Source of the DNA: a virus
Taxonomy: Duplodnaviria; Caudoviricetes
Virus record (IMG/VR): IMGVR_UViG_3300044636_000600
Coordinates: 1-62,597 of that record
Length of the DNA stretch: 62,597 nucleotides
Direction: 5' to 3' (one strand)
Positions 19,001 to 30,500 of the stretch are shown in pieces (the stretch's first letter is position 1; each line of letters opens with the position of its first letter). A program made the position numbers and the translations under genes. Below the pieces are notes generated by a model. That model was not told where the DNA came from. It worked only from the letters and a program-made list of their open reading frames with translations, and did no database searches.

Positions 19001-21106
19001 GGGCAAAAAATCGCGATGGCGCTTGGCGATCAGTTGGGGCAACAGTCTGCTGTCCTCATCTCGCATGGAGCCGTCATCGGTAAAGCGTTCCTGGCAGGCA
19101 TACAACAAACGCTATCGACGGATAGCGAAGGTAACGCCACCATCGACATCGCCGGCTTTATTGCCAACAACCTGGGCACGCAGGCGCAAACCTTCATAGC
19201 GCAGGGCAAGGGGATCGCTAGCCTGCTGCAACAGGGTTTGTCCGAGGGCATGGCACCGGCGGAGGGTGAAGCGGCAACCGGCGGCATGGCTATGCAGATT
19301 TCCAGCATCACCCTGGCCGAAGGCGTGCGGGCACCGGATGTGTCGGTGATGGCGAAAATTGACAAATTCGCCATTGACCAAACAGCGTTGCTTGACGCTG
19401 ATCTATCCATTGCGCCAACCATCGATTTGCAGGCGGTCAGCGAAGAACGGGAAAAAGCGAAGCGGGCGCTAACCTTCCTCATTGAACCAGGATTGGCATT
19501 GGCGGAGGCGGATCGGGCCGGCTTTATCTCCAACGTAGAGGCCATTCGTCCCGTCGTGTCGGTGCAACTCGCTTTGCCCGAACAGCAAACCAACGCCGCG
19601 GTGGACTTTTTCGCCTTCGATGGCTCCATTCCCGTGGAAACGGTCAACCGCGCCGACCTGGTGACGTTCACCAATGTGCTACCGGTGGAACAGGTCAACC
19701 GCGCCAAGCTGGTGGTCTTCCTCAGCGAGTTGCCCACCGAGCAGATTGACCGGTCAGCGCTGGTGGCGTTTGTCAGCGAAGTCAGCAAAGAAGAGATCGA
19801 CCGCTCTGGGCTGGTGTCATTCCTTAGCGAACTGCCAACAGAGCAGGTAGACCGGTCAACGCTGATTGGATACATCAATAGTCCAGCCACGGAGACTGTT
19901 GATCGCTCAGAACTAATCTCCTTTGCTAACGCGCTACCAGTAGAAAACATTGACCGGTCGGCGCTGATTTCTTTCTTGGGTAGCGTACCGAGTGAAGCGG
20001 TGGATCGGCAGACGCTTGTCTCCTACCTCAACAGCGTACCAACTGAAACCATTGACCGTGCCAACGTAGTGGCGTTCCTGGGCAATGTGCCAAGCGAACA
20101 GGTAGACCGCACCGCGCTGGTTGCCTACATAGGCGCCGTACCAATTTTCACGGTTGATTTGTCGAAGGTAGTAGAGTTTGCTGGCGAAGCGGTCAAGGCA
20201 GCGCAAGACAAGCTGTATAGCTTTTTATATGGCCCGTCACCCGAAAGGCCAGATACCATGCCTGGGATTACCGATTCTGGGCCATACGCTATCGACATTC
20301 AGGCGCAACTTTCACCGGCGGCCTACCAGAGCTATCTAGACTATAAAGCGGAGGTTGAGGCCAACCCGCCGACGATTATGCCGATGCTCCAAGCGCCTGG
20401 TCAACGGCTGGGCGATGTGGAATCGTTAGGCACGGTTGATGTGACAGCCAACATTACCAAATTTGATGTTACGGCCCAAATAGACGAAGCGGCGCTTGCT
20501 TCGCTGACCGCGCCGATAGTCTACGCGCCGCAGAGTGATGCGCAGGCGGACTTCATCACGCCATTGGTTACTGGCCTGACAACCCAGATCGGCGCTAACC
20601 AAGATCAGATCGGTGCGCAGGGGGCCAGCGTTGCGCAGATTATCATTGCCGGGATGATTGCCGCGTTCCAGGGGACACAGCAAGGCGGCGAGACAACAAC
20701 CGCCATTTCAGACGCATTGTTCTTTGCGGTCAATACACAATTCACAACAGCACAAAGCTCTTTTTTCACAGTTGGGGGCATTCCCGCCGTCGCCGTTGAA
20801 AGCGGATTTAAGGGCTACGCCTATGACGGGTTGTCGTCGGGATTGCTGGACGCGCTCACAAACGGCATCCGCGCCGACGCTGACGCCTACATGCAGCGTG
20901 GCGCTACCATTGCGGGGTATGTGCAGAAGGGTATCGGTGACGGCTTTAGCAGCGACATTGGCATCCGTTCGGCGGTGACAGCCGGGGGCGTCTGGGGCAA
21001 TGCGTTTGTGCAAGGCGCGCTAAACGCCATCAACGCAGCGGGCTTTGTTGACCAGATCACAACGGCGGTTGTGGATGGCATTACCGATCAAGTGGAGCAG
21101 CCTTAG
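16010..21106 (+). CDS. Tape measure protein
   Basis: 1698 aa Ala-rich helical protein; ILDNLGLII motif; position after chaperones. Confidence 0.85.
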   Translation: MPSRELIYRVSVQTSDAKRQAQNMRSVFEAELRQINVGKLDTSGLKAAQGQAKLFAAEMERAVKAGDLGQLDTSGIQRAVSEAQALRTAFEQAGNAAANVRPPSVGGGGIPSGLAGGLLGGFAGGIAINELKELGQQLSETARRGAVFQQLGDVLDDYTRSVGTNASAMIDAAKKAAQGTISEYELILNANRAIQFEVAKTPEAFAKLIELSTALGRAQGIADTQALEFLTTGLARESRLILDNLGLIIDLEAATKRYAETIGKSADQLTTAERKQALLEEAFRQGATAIEANRDAADSAATQFERLDANSQNLRDQLGELIAQGSAAYIASLADALEHASNVLDGRAELPGWLEGMGQAALDAANGMEARTIQTEVLRQAMAVLGASVVGFNETVRAGAAKELTDAFDQMEGVVTNAGVAIDMTGQKAKAVSAEILTLYGDQESSINKALMGRAEKSVDTIGPDQALAQYRQAKADAEAALQSLMDAGVTDATELQFRSAEILTSLLVPFDELEARANQIDFSAMSGAISSLNAGFVDFLPGVSSAREELASLSQEMMFSSTVTAEQLAQFKYLSAVAYSVADGGSQLSAVINDLGNDFLASNAYAAELVNQLVLTEAAYRNGAITGDIYAGVTATLTGKLLTLAQGAGIATGAIYALNSAQADMASPAGRAIGGSIANRIQSQQQASGREQNRREMERYNRDLARSQERSAGRAGKLLEDGAKKASQELRSALDKVPGLFSASQVTEQDMKDTELGVYQEKADEYLRRLRDEVQNGNDWEDVSLEEARAGLERAGLEVGSTAEQTVALLEKAINDSSLYSAVENIPIFINEEAVKFTQELQSKSEQGRKNIYEYFGIQVDEAVGAATGGGGGGVAVRPPELIDIDPFTDGVQTGLDEYVAASGESVREQIANATRPFFNPDELFLPGTMGAATKPGGAGATDAIAQALAPLVSAVTGIQGAKPQPAITPTVDGAALQAELDKLQITIAPTLAADAGQKIAMALGDQLGQQSAVLISHGAVIGKAFLAGIQQTLSTDSEGNATIDIAGFIANNLGTQAQTFIAQGKGIASLLQQGLSEGMAPAEGEAATGGMAMQISSITLAEGVRAPDVSVMAKIDKFAIDQTALLDADLSIAPTIDLQAVSEEREKAKRALTFLIEPGLALAEADRAGFISNVEAIRPVVSVQLALPEQQTNAAVDFFAFDGSIPVETVNRADLVTFTNVLPVEQVNRAKLVVFLSELPTEQIDRSALVAFVSEVSKEEIDRSGLVSFLSELPTEQVDRSTLIGYINSPATETVDRSELISFANALPVENIDRSALISFLGSVPSEAVDRQTLVSYLNSVPTETIDRANVVAFLGNVPSEQVDRTALVAYIGAVPIFTVDLSKVVEFAGEAVKAAQDKLYSFLYGPSPERPDTMPGITDSGPYAIDIQAQLSPAAYQSYLDYKAEVEANPPTIMPMLQAPGQRLGDVESLGTVDVTANITKFDVTAQIDEAALASLTAPIVYAPQSDAQADFITPLVTGLTTQIGANQDQIGAQGASVAQIIIAGMIAAFQGTQQGGETTTAISDALFFAVNTQFTTAQSSFFTVGGIPAVAVESGFKGYAYDGLSSGLLDALTNGIRADADAYMQRGATIAGYVQKGIGDGFSSDIGIRSAVTAGGVWGNAFVQGALNAINAAGFVDQITTAVVDGITDQVEQP
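19628..20188 (+). repeat. 11 tandem 17-aa (51-nt) repeats inside tape measure
   Basis: Consensus LPxEQVDRSxLVxFLxx repeated with exact 17-residue period. Confidence 0.85.
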
Positions 21107-21470
21107 CATGGATAAGGTAATCAGTGACATCGGGCGCATCATCGTGGAGAGCCAACTGTAACGGGTCTCCCCACACGGCAAGGAGCCGCCACTGGTTTAG
21201 CGACCCCCTATGAAGCCAAATGGCACCAGCGGCGGGAGAAATAGCAGGGAAATTATCGAGAGAGCAGACTGATTCGCCGTCCATGCCAATCGAAATACCA
21301 AAGGTGTAAATGTCCGTCGCATCGCACAGGATAACATCGCAATCAACGGGATAGGGCTGGAAGTAGAAGCGCCGAGAATCGCTATCATAGCGAAAATCAA
21401 TGCTTCGCAATTCGGGCATGAATCGCTGGGGGATGCTGTCAGGATCAATTAGATCAAGAGAGTCGCTCAT
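21081..21470 (-). CDS. Hypothetical protein (antisense moron in tail operon)
   Basis: AAGGAG RBS; fills the gap between tape measure and next tail gene. Confidence 0.6.
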   Translation of the reverse strand: MSDSLDLIDPDSIPQRFMPELRSIDFRYDSDSRRFYFQPYPVDCDVILCDATDIYTFGISIGMDGESVCSLDNFPAISPAAGAIWLHRGSLNQWRLLAVWGDPLQLALHDDAPDVTDYLIHAKAAPLDR

Positions 21471-21515
21471 GTGTCTCCTTTTGCAAATATGAATCTAGAT
21501 TAGGGCAATTATACC

Positions 21516-21860
21516 ATGCACTTGGGTGGAACAGATATTCCAGCATCAATCGAAAACGGCGGCGGCGCTTACCTTATCGACCGCGCGCTCCTGGGCAAAA
21601 ATGGCGACGGGGAGGCCATCGTTGGTGGTTACTACACCGTTACCTGGACATTCCCGCAAATGTCGCTGGCTGATTTTACGTGGATTTGTTCGACGCTGCT
21701 AGGTGGCGCGGCCAGTGTAACGTATACCAGCGCGCAGCTATTCAACAAGCTTGGCGTGCTGACCACCTACACCAACGCCGTAGCGCACGAACCAACGTGG
21801 GGCAAGGCGCGGGGTGGGCTGGTTGAGGATGTGACGTGGATTATTGATCGGATACGTTAA
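21516..21860 (+). CDS. Putative distal tail protein
   Basis: Small beta protein after tape measure. Confidence 0.55.
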   Translation: MHLGGTDIPASIENGGGAYLIDRALLGKNGDGEAIVGGYYTVTWTFPQMSLADFTWICSTLLGGAASVTYTSAQLFNKLGVLTTYTNAVAHEPTWGKARGGLVEDVTWIIDRIR

Positions 21861-24565
21861 TGCCAGCCATCATCAAGCCAGAAAACGATTTTCGCATCTA
21901 CATCGGCCCGCATCATCTGCACTACAATTGGAGCGGCTTAAACCTGGGCGCGACCTTTGCGGCTGGGCTTTTCGCGCAACGCACCACCACGGCTACGCAA
22001 TCGAGTGGCGCTACGACGCTGACCGTCAACGCGGTGGCAAGCTGGCCCACGGCTGGCGGTGTGTGGGTAGGGCCAAATGGCAGCGGTGAATCGTGGGAGT
22101 ATGAGCGCTTCCCATCACGCGCCACCACCACATTGACGGTAGAGCGCGAATCGTCCACCGACCGTGAGCATAATGGCGTCCACACCAGCGGGGCAAAAGT
22201 CTTTTGCTTCTACCCCGTCACCACCAACGATGGCACGCTGAATATTACCGACGAATGCGACGACACCGTAAGCGCTATCACCTGGCGCGCAACAGCCAGC
22301 GGCGTACTGGCTCCACAACATGTGCTACGCAACGGCCATGTAGTTGTCGTCACGCTGTCCGAGAACGGTGGCGCTTATACAATCTTCTTGGTGGGCTTTG
22401 TCCAGAATCCGCAGATCACCGACGACTATGGCAGCAATGCACGGTGGACATTCGACATTGTGTCATCGGCGGCGCTGGTAGCAGAGGAGGAGGCCAGTGG
22501 CGTGCGGGTTGGCAATGCTGACCTAGCCGACGCCGGTAGCGCTTCATCATCGCCAGAGTTGGTGTTACCGTTTGACGAACGGTTCAGCGGCGACTTTACT
22601 GCTGCGGCGCCTGACCTCAGTGCGGCATCGGCTATCGATGATGACCTATCCACAATTTGGATTGCTGAACATTTCACCGGCACCGACATTTGGTACACGG
22701 CCAGCAATAGCGATCCGGAGAACAATTACACGCTGCGGTTTGAGCATTTATACCTGAATCCGCCACCAGCGGCGGGGCCGGGGGCGCGCTTCATCGGAAT
22801 GTCGGTAATGTCAAACGCCAGCATTCGCGGCATGGCGCTCAATAGTGCAAACGGCGGTGTTGGGCCAAATGGCTGTGAGATTTGGATCTTCAACGGGCCG
22901 GGGGACGTGTCACCGGGCCACCGGATTTTCCTTGTGGAAGATGAGGAAGTATTCAACCGGCTGAATCCCTTAGTGGGCGACGCCACAATCTATGAATGGC
23001 GTGAGTTTTTCGCTCACATTCTGCCCATCGGTGGCGAGTTCTGGCTGCGGCTGGGCGAGTTGAACATGTGGCAAGCGCGTGTCCGCTGGGGGACTGGTAA
23101 CGGTAACGTGCAGCACCCCGATGCACCGTCACGCACCTGGACGGGGGCCACGGTCACGGCGCCGGCGCTGGGGCAAACCATGCGCTACCGGCACAACATA
23201 ACATCCGGCACCGCCGCGGCGCGCTGGCAGACCGGCTACATCCGGCACACCGGCTACAACATTGACGACGATGATCCGATCTGGATCATGGTGGCATTGC
23301 CGGGGCTTGGGCTGACGCTGGCACAAAGCATGACTAGCACCGTACCAGGCAATGGGGAATTTTTGTACATCAATGGCCCAGACGATAAATGGTCAACGGA
23401 CGGATTGCCCGCATCTGGCACGCTCTTTGTTGGCGACGAAAAGATTGCCTACAGCAGCAAAACCGAATCCTATGTCGTGCTGGCGGCCAGTAGCGCGCGC
23501 GGCTCTGGTGGCACCACTGCCACGGCGCATAACGCCAAAGACGAAGTTTATGTCATGGACGGCAGTACGCCGACCGACGCCTACTTAATCAAATCAGTCG
23601 GCTGGAATGGTGGGGCGAGTACGATTTACCCGAAGTGGTTCAAGATTTACACATCCAACTTGATTGACAACGTTCGCACGCCGGATGACACCGATTATGT
23701 CAACGACTGGACGCTGCGCGTCAATGTCACCAACAACACCGCCAGCAGCTACACACACGCGCTGAGTAATATCCGTGTCAAGCATGTGCTAATCGAAATT
23801 ATGTCGATGACCACTGATCCAGCACGGCCACGGCTGACAGAGATCAACGCCCTGGTAGATTCGTCGTTGCATAATGCCGCGCAGTGGTTGGCGGCTGACA
23901 CAAGCGCCGGCGCGCTCATCTCGCAAATTCTACAAACGGCGGGTATTTGGTCGGGCGCTATCTCGCACAGTGGCACGGCTACATTGTCGGAGACGACTAC
24001 GGCCACGGATAACGCATGGACAGTGGTCACGGACATTGCCGAGTATAGCGGCAGCTTGGTTAGTGTGGCGCGTGATAGCAAATTTGTCATTAGTGCCAAC
24101 CCGTTTTGGACGGGGACGCCAACCGTTGTGACTACCTGGAACCGCACGAGTGCATCTACAGTGCAAAAGAGCTTTCGGCGCAATAGTCCAGTATCGCAAG
24201 TGATTTTACCGTGGAAGACACCCAGCGGATCGTCTAGCGGGAAAATCTACTATCCACAGCTACCAGGACGTGGCACGCGGTTAGAGAAAACCGAAACCCT
24301 GTACGCCAGTAGTTCAGCAGCGGAGGGAGCGGCGCGGCGGCTGTATTTCATGCGCCTGTACCCATTTGAGGCAAACGTTACAGCGGCGGGTCAGGTGGTG
24401 GACAAGCGCGCCGGGGAAGCACACCAAATGGTGTGGCAGTTCACTGGCGACATGCAGCCATTAGAGCGCCTCTACCTGTGCTTGTCGGCGGATCACCGGT
24501 TAGAGGATGGCTTTTGGTCATCGTCGTTTCGGCTTATGCAATACGGTCACGAGAGTAATTTCTAA
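21860..24565 (+). CDS. Tail tip / baseplate hub protein
   Basis: 901 aa; coupled start; position; beta-rich inserted domains. Confidence 0.65.
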   Translation: MPAIIKPENDFRIYIGPHHLHYNWSGLNLGATFAAGLFAQRTTTATQSSGATTLTVNAVASWPTAGGVWVGPNGSGESWEYERFPSRATTTLTVERESSTDREHNGVHTSGAKVFCFYPVTTNDGTLNITDECDDTVSAITWRATASGVLAPQHVLRNGHVVVVTLSENGGAYTIFLVGFVQNPQITDDYGSNARWTFDIVSSAALVAEEEASGVRVGNADLADAGSASSSPELVLPFDERFSGDFTAAAPDLSAASAIDDDLSTIWIAEHFTGTDIWYTASNSDPENNYTLRFEHLYLNPPPAAGPGARFIGMSVMSNASIRGMALNSANGGVGPNGCEIWIFNGPGDVSPGHRIFLVEDEEVFNRLNPLVGDATIYEWREFFAHILPIGGEFWLRLGELNMWQARVRWGTGNGNVQHPDAPSRTWTGATVTAPALGQTMRYRHNITSGTAAARWQTGYIRHTGYNIDDDDPIWIMVALPGLGLTLAQSMTSTVPGNGEFLYINGPDDKWSTDGLPASGTLFVGDEKIAYSSKTESYVVLAASSARGSGGTTATAHNAKDEVYVMDGSTPTDAYLIKSVGWNGGASTIYPKWFKIYTSNLIDNVRTPDDTDYVNDWTLRVNVTNNTASSYTHALSNIRVKHVLIEIMSMTTDPARPRLTEINALVDSSLHNAAQWLAADTSAGALISQILQTAGIWSGAISHSGTATLSETTTATDNAWTVVTDIAEYSGSLVSVARDSKFVISANPFWTGTPTVVTTWNRTSASTVQKSFRRNSPVSQVILPWKTPSGSSSGKIYYPQLPGRGTRLEKTETLYASSSAAEGAARRLYFMRLYPFEANVTAAGQVVDKRAGEAHQMVWQFTGDMQPLERLYLCLSADHRLEDGFWSSSFRLMQYGHESNF

Positions 24566-27500
24566 ATGGCAAATGCAAAGACGGCAATCAAGCGGCTGAA
24601 AAATGCACTTGATAAAAAGTATGAGGTTAGCCAACCCGCTCCGGTTGCGGGGGCTGTGGGTGATGGCAGGCTTTTTATCGACGGCCAGTTATACAACGGC
24701 GCTATTGCCGGCGTGACACAGGTTGTCAACGTGGGACGCCCCGCCGCGGCACAATATGCTGCGAAGACTGGCGGTGGCGTCATCGTGCAGTCAGGCGGCG
24801 GTAGTGCGGTCAGCGCTGGCAGCGGCTCTGGGCCAGATGTTACGGCGCTATCACTATTGACGGTTGTTGGCGAGGCGGCGCTGACCAATGACCGCTACCT
24901 GGACGTATCAACTGCTCTGACCAAGACAGACGGCGGTGCGGGCGGGGCGCTCACCATCGGTATGGCGACACCTGGCGGCCTGAGCGTCTCATCTACCAAC
25001 GTGGCGACCGGCAACCACACGCACGCCATCGCATCGTCATCGGCACCGGGGGCGGCTGCGTCCATTCTGGCGTCATCGGCGGCGGGGCTGCTGACGCTGC
25101 CGAACTTTACCGCCACGACAGGGGTACGTACCCCGCTAATCGACACGGCTAGCGGCGGGCTGACAATTTCACCAGCAAACAACACGACGACCATCAATGG
25201 CAGCGTTACGATGCAACGTAGTGGGACGCTTGTTTCTGCAAGTCTTTTCGCCGTTGGTGACACAGGGAGCATTTACCCGCGCCTTGCCATGCACCGAGCG
25301 CGCAATGTGTTAGGCAGTGAAACGGGCGTTGTATCAGGCGACATTCTGGGCGCTGTCTCATTTCGCGGGCATGACGGCACAGCTTATCCGACCGCCAGTA
25401 ATGCCGAGATTCGGGCGGTAGCGTCGGAGAATTTTACCACCACGGCAGAAGGGACGAATCTTCGATTTTTTACCACCGCAAGCGGTACGGTCACACTATC
25501 GGAGCGCCTGCGCATCCATAACAGTGGCAACGTGAGCATCCTCAACACGACCGATAATGGTTTTGCCCTAGACGTGACCGGCACGGCGCGAGCATCCACG
25601 AGTTTGACGACGCCACTACTGACGACGGCGACCAACGTTGATTTGGTCATCAATCCTGCTGGAACGGGGGCGGTGCAATTTCCGAATAACCAAACGTTGC
25701 GCACGTCCACTTTTGACGGCTGGGCTATTCCCTATACAACCGGATTCCAAATTAACGAGTTTGCTCCTGTCCCCGGCGGAAGCGCCAGTGTCCTCACCAT
25801 CGGACGCATTCAGGCTGACGAACTCAACGTGCGCGTATTCGTCGCTAATGAAACCCGCGTTGACCGTGGTGACGAATTTTGGACAAAGAGCTTTGGTATT
25901 GTGGCCCTGGGATTCACTACGCCCGCATCTATTGGTGGCACCGTTTCAGTCAAATTCGAGAATAGCCCGGCGCTGGCTGGCGCGATCTTTGCTAATAATG
26001 ACTGGTTGCTAATCCGCAAGTTAGAAATCGATAGCGGCTTATCATTGTTTAACGTGTGGGGCCAAGTGGCAACCTACGTCAATAATGGCGACGGGACGCA
26101 AAACTGGACATTCACCCTGCGCGGCGGGCCAACCAGCAAGCTGATCGAAAAGGGGAGCCTGGGTATCGACTTTGGACAGGCGGGCGCGGGCTTGATTCAT
26201 TTGTCGGTTGTGGACGCCAGCGGATCACCTTATATCAAGCTGCGCAAATGGGTATCCGGTAGCGACCCGATGACCATCAACGGTCCAAACTTCAAAACCT
26301 ATGTGCAGATCGGAAACTTAGACAGCGTTAGTAACAGTTATTACACGCCATCCGGCTATGGACTGTATGTGCAATCTGCAAATGACGATAGCCGGTTCAT
26401 TGTGGCTGACGACAACGGGTTGCAGATTCGTGGCGCGTCGTTCAAGATGTACAATTCGACGCTGCAAACTGTGGACATTAGCGCCACCAACGGCAGCATA
26501 AAGCTTGGCACTGACATCAGCAGCGCCGCAACCACCTCGTTTGACTTCAACGGCTCAACGGGCGATCTGGCGATTACCGGCGATTTGTACACGGGTAAAG
26601 TTTATTTGCTTCGGGCTAGTGGACTTAACACCGAACAGGATGTATGGGGTAGCTGGGACAATCGGCGCGCCTTGCAATGGTGGCCGAATCTAACCAACAT
26701 GACTGGCGATCCGTCGCTATCCATGTACACGGGCAAGCACAGCGGTGGGTCATTCCCCAATCAAAATTGGGCATACATTGACAGCAACCCAACCGGCGGC
26801 GTATTAGCCAGTCTATCCGTGACCGCTCACGGACAGGGAACAGGGACGGACGCTACCATTTATCTCGAAGGTGGCAGTCAGTCGCTAGCGAGTACGTCAG
26901 CGGTGACAATTATAGCAACCGACATTGATCTGGTGGCCGCCGTCGCTGTAACCGGTTCGCTGTCCGTTGGCGGCACTGCTGTCAGCCTTGACGGCCACAC
27001 GCATAGCTATTTGCCACTATCCGGTGGCACGCTCACCGGCACGCTGACCAGCCGCGCCATTACCCCTAACGCCGATAACACTCACGATCTAGGCGCATCG
27101 GGCGCACGCTGGCAGGACGTGTACGCCGTCAACCTGCATGTTGGCACCATCGTTGGCACGCCGTCCTACAGTCACAGTCACGCCGCCAGTGACATTACCA
27201 GCGGCACGTTGGACTTTGCCCGCATCCCCACCACCTGGACGGGGGCGCTCACGCTAGACGCCGACAGCGCCGGTACATCCAACTATGTGCGCTGGCTGAC
27301 GCAAACCAGCACCGGCAAAGCCTGGGATCTAATCGGGCGCGCTCATGATTTTGCAACGGCGGCGCAGCAGAATGATATGCTGCTGACCTATTATGATGGG
27401 ACAACAACCCATATTGCGTTTCAGGCGGATTCAGCCACGCGGGTGATTGATTTCGGGCAAACGCCAACCGTGAGCGGAACGGCGGTTGTCCTGACGAGTC

Positions 27501-30500
27501 GCACGGTAAGCGCCGGCTCTGGGCTGACCGGCGGCGGTGCGCTCAGTGGCAACATTACCATTAGCCACGATGACACGAGTAGTCAAGCCAGTGTGAACAA
27601 TTCCGGCATGACCTTTATCCAGGACGTGACATTGGACACCTACGGCCACGTTACGGCGCTGACATCGACCGATGTGTCTACGGTGCTAACCGGCTACCTA
27701 AAGGCAGATGGCACGGTAGACGGCGCCACGAGCCAGGCGCAGACATTTACCAATGGCGTGCGCACTGGCAACGGCACGGCGCTAGTGCCAGCGTTTTCGT
27801 TTTCAGCCAGTGATAGCACCGGCATTTACCGACAGGCGGTGGATAGCCTGAGTATTGCAACCGTTGGGACAGAGCGGCTTCGTGTCAACGCCAGCGGTCA
27901 AATGAGCATCAACGGCGCGCCGATCACCGGGTATGTGGTGACAGCACGACCGGCGACCGGCCAAACGGGGGGCATGACGCTGGAAGGCACCTACGCCAGC
28001 GCCGGGTTTTTGTTCAATACCTCGGCCATTTTGCGCCACGCCGCTGACACGACCATTCAGGCGATGCGCTGGGTTCCGACCGAGGAGCCGCAGGGCGCTA
28101 TCACCACCTTTGTCAACATGAACAATAACCTACGGCTTGACAACAGCGCATTCAACGTGACCAATGTCCGCCTGGTTCAAGGTCAACTGTTGAGCCAAGC
28201 GGGATACACCGGCGCCATTACGTCGCTGTCGATGTTTCACGCGCTGAACGCCAGTTTGGGCGGGGCAACGCTAACCAACCAATATGGCTACTATTGCGCC
28301 GCGTTATCGGGAGCAACGAACAACTTTGCGTTCTATAGCCTCGGCTCAACGCCGTCGTCATTCGGCGGCACGGTGTACATCGGCGGCGACGCAGAAGTAA
28401 CGGGCGACGTACTGGTCGGGTCCGGGTCGGCATCGCTCCCTAGCATTGCGGCGCTGAGTGACACCAACACAGGGCTATACTGGTCAGCAGCGGATACGTT
28501 GGCGGTGACGACCGGTGGCGCACAGCGGGCCACGTTCAGCAGCGGCGGGGTCACGGTTGCCGGCGCGCTGACTGTGCCAACCATCAACACGGCCAGCGGC
28601 AATTTGACGCTGACACCCGCTGGCGGCACGGTAGCCGTATCGGCGGCGCTTACAGTCGGTACTACTGCCACCATTACCGGCGTGACCAGCATCGCCAGCG
28701 GCAGTGTGGGCGCGCCGGGGCTAACATTTACCGGCGACACCAACACCGGGCTTTACCGCAGCGGAGTAGACGCCTACAGCTTGGTAGCTGGTGGCGCGGC
28801 GATTATCAATGTCGGCGCGACGGGGGCCGGTGTTAATGCCGCCTACGACAACACGGCAGCACTCAAAGTGCAGTCAGTCGCCAACGATGACATCACGCTT
28901 TTCCTCAAACAGAAGAGCGGGCAGACGGCGCGCATGTGGCGGGTGGAAGACAGCGCCGGTCAAGAGTTGATCGTGCTGGACAGTGCCGGCAACTTGCAAA
29001 GCGGCAATCCGGGATTCTACCCTGGGCTGAAGGGATGGCAAATCGCGCCAATCGGTAACGCCGAATTTAATAACATTACCGCTCGTGGTGAATTGCACGC
29101 CAGTATTTTTGTTATGGATGAGTTTCATGCCAGCGGCGGCACGCTCTACATTGCGCCGGCAGGCAAGTTGGAACTTGACGCCACGGTGTACACGACCACG
29201 GGCATTGAAGCTGTTTTTGATATTCGCACCACCAGCGTTAGTGGTAGCGGTAGCCAGTTCGACATTCGTACAACCAGTGGTAGCGGTAGCGGTAGCCAAT
29301 TTACATGGCGCACCATCGAGAACTATTTCGAGATCACTGATCCGCCATCGGGCCATGCAATGATTTTGTCTCCCGGTGACATTGTCCGCTGCAAGGCGCT
29401 GGGTTTGTCTGTGGGTATCGATTTGTGGGATGTGTGGGGCGTTGTTGGTCGTGTCGAAGATATGACCGATTATTACCGCTACTACTACGAGCGCAAATCG
29501 GGTGGGGCGGATGGCTTGGTTATTCCAGCGGGGACGGCCATTATCAGCTATGGTGCGCCAGGGGACGGGCGCATTTACCTAACCGCCGATCAAAACTATG
29601 CGCCGTACATGCAGGTGTTTTTGTCGGGTGCGGAACCGTGGAACGGCCAGATCACGCCAACGGTACGGATCGGGCGGCTAGACGGTGTTGGATTGCCGGG
29701 GGTAAGCGGGATTGAGCAGCATGGGATTGTGCTGAGTTCCGATCTCAGCAACGCCAGCGCGCCTTACCTGGTGGCGTCCAATCTACAAATGTTTCAGTAT
29801 AAGATTGACAGCGAGTGGAACAACGGCAACCCCACGGCGCGAATTACTGCCGATGGAGCGATGAAGTTAGGGACAGACATTGACAGCGCAAGCACCACAG
29901 GCTTTGACTTCAATCCAGCGACCGGCGCGCTAACCATCGGGAGCGCATCCTATCCCGGCACGGTCACGGTCTATGGCAGCATCACTGTCACCGGTGGCAG
30001 TGGCTACGGCAATTTTAGTGACAAACCAACGTCACTATCGGGCATTAACACAACCGAGGGAACCAAACTTAACGCTGGGCTAGACACGAACGGTAGTCTG
30101 ATCACCAAAGTGTTGCCTGGATCAACCATTGGCACGCCCGCGGGGGCTGGCCTGTTTCTCGGTAGCGACCGCATGGGCTACTACAACGGAAGCCGCTGGT
30201 TGACACACATGGACAACACCGGCGCTTTTACGTTTTCGTCGGCCACGGCGGCAAAGATCGCCTGGGACGGAACCGACCTATACGGAACAGATGGCACCAA
30301 TGTTCAATGGTACGCGAGGGCCAGCACGGGCAAACTTTATGCCGGCAGTGGTACAGTGGTACTGGATCGCACCGGCATCCTGGTCGCCAACAGTGGCACA
30401 TCAGCGGGGATTACACTACACCGCAACGATACGTTTAGCAGTAGCACCAAGAGCGGGCGTCTGTGGGCGTTGTCGGACTTGTCGCCCGCGCGCGTCTATT

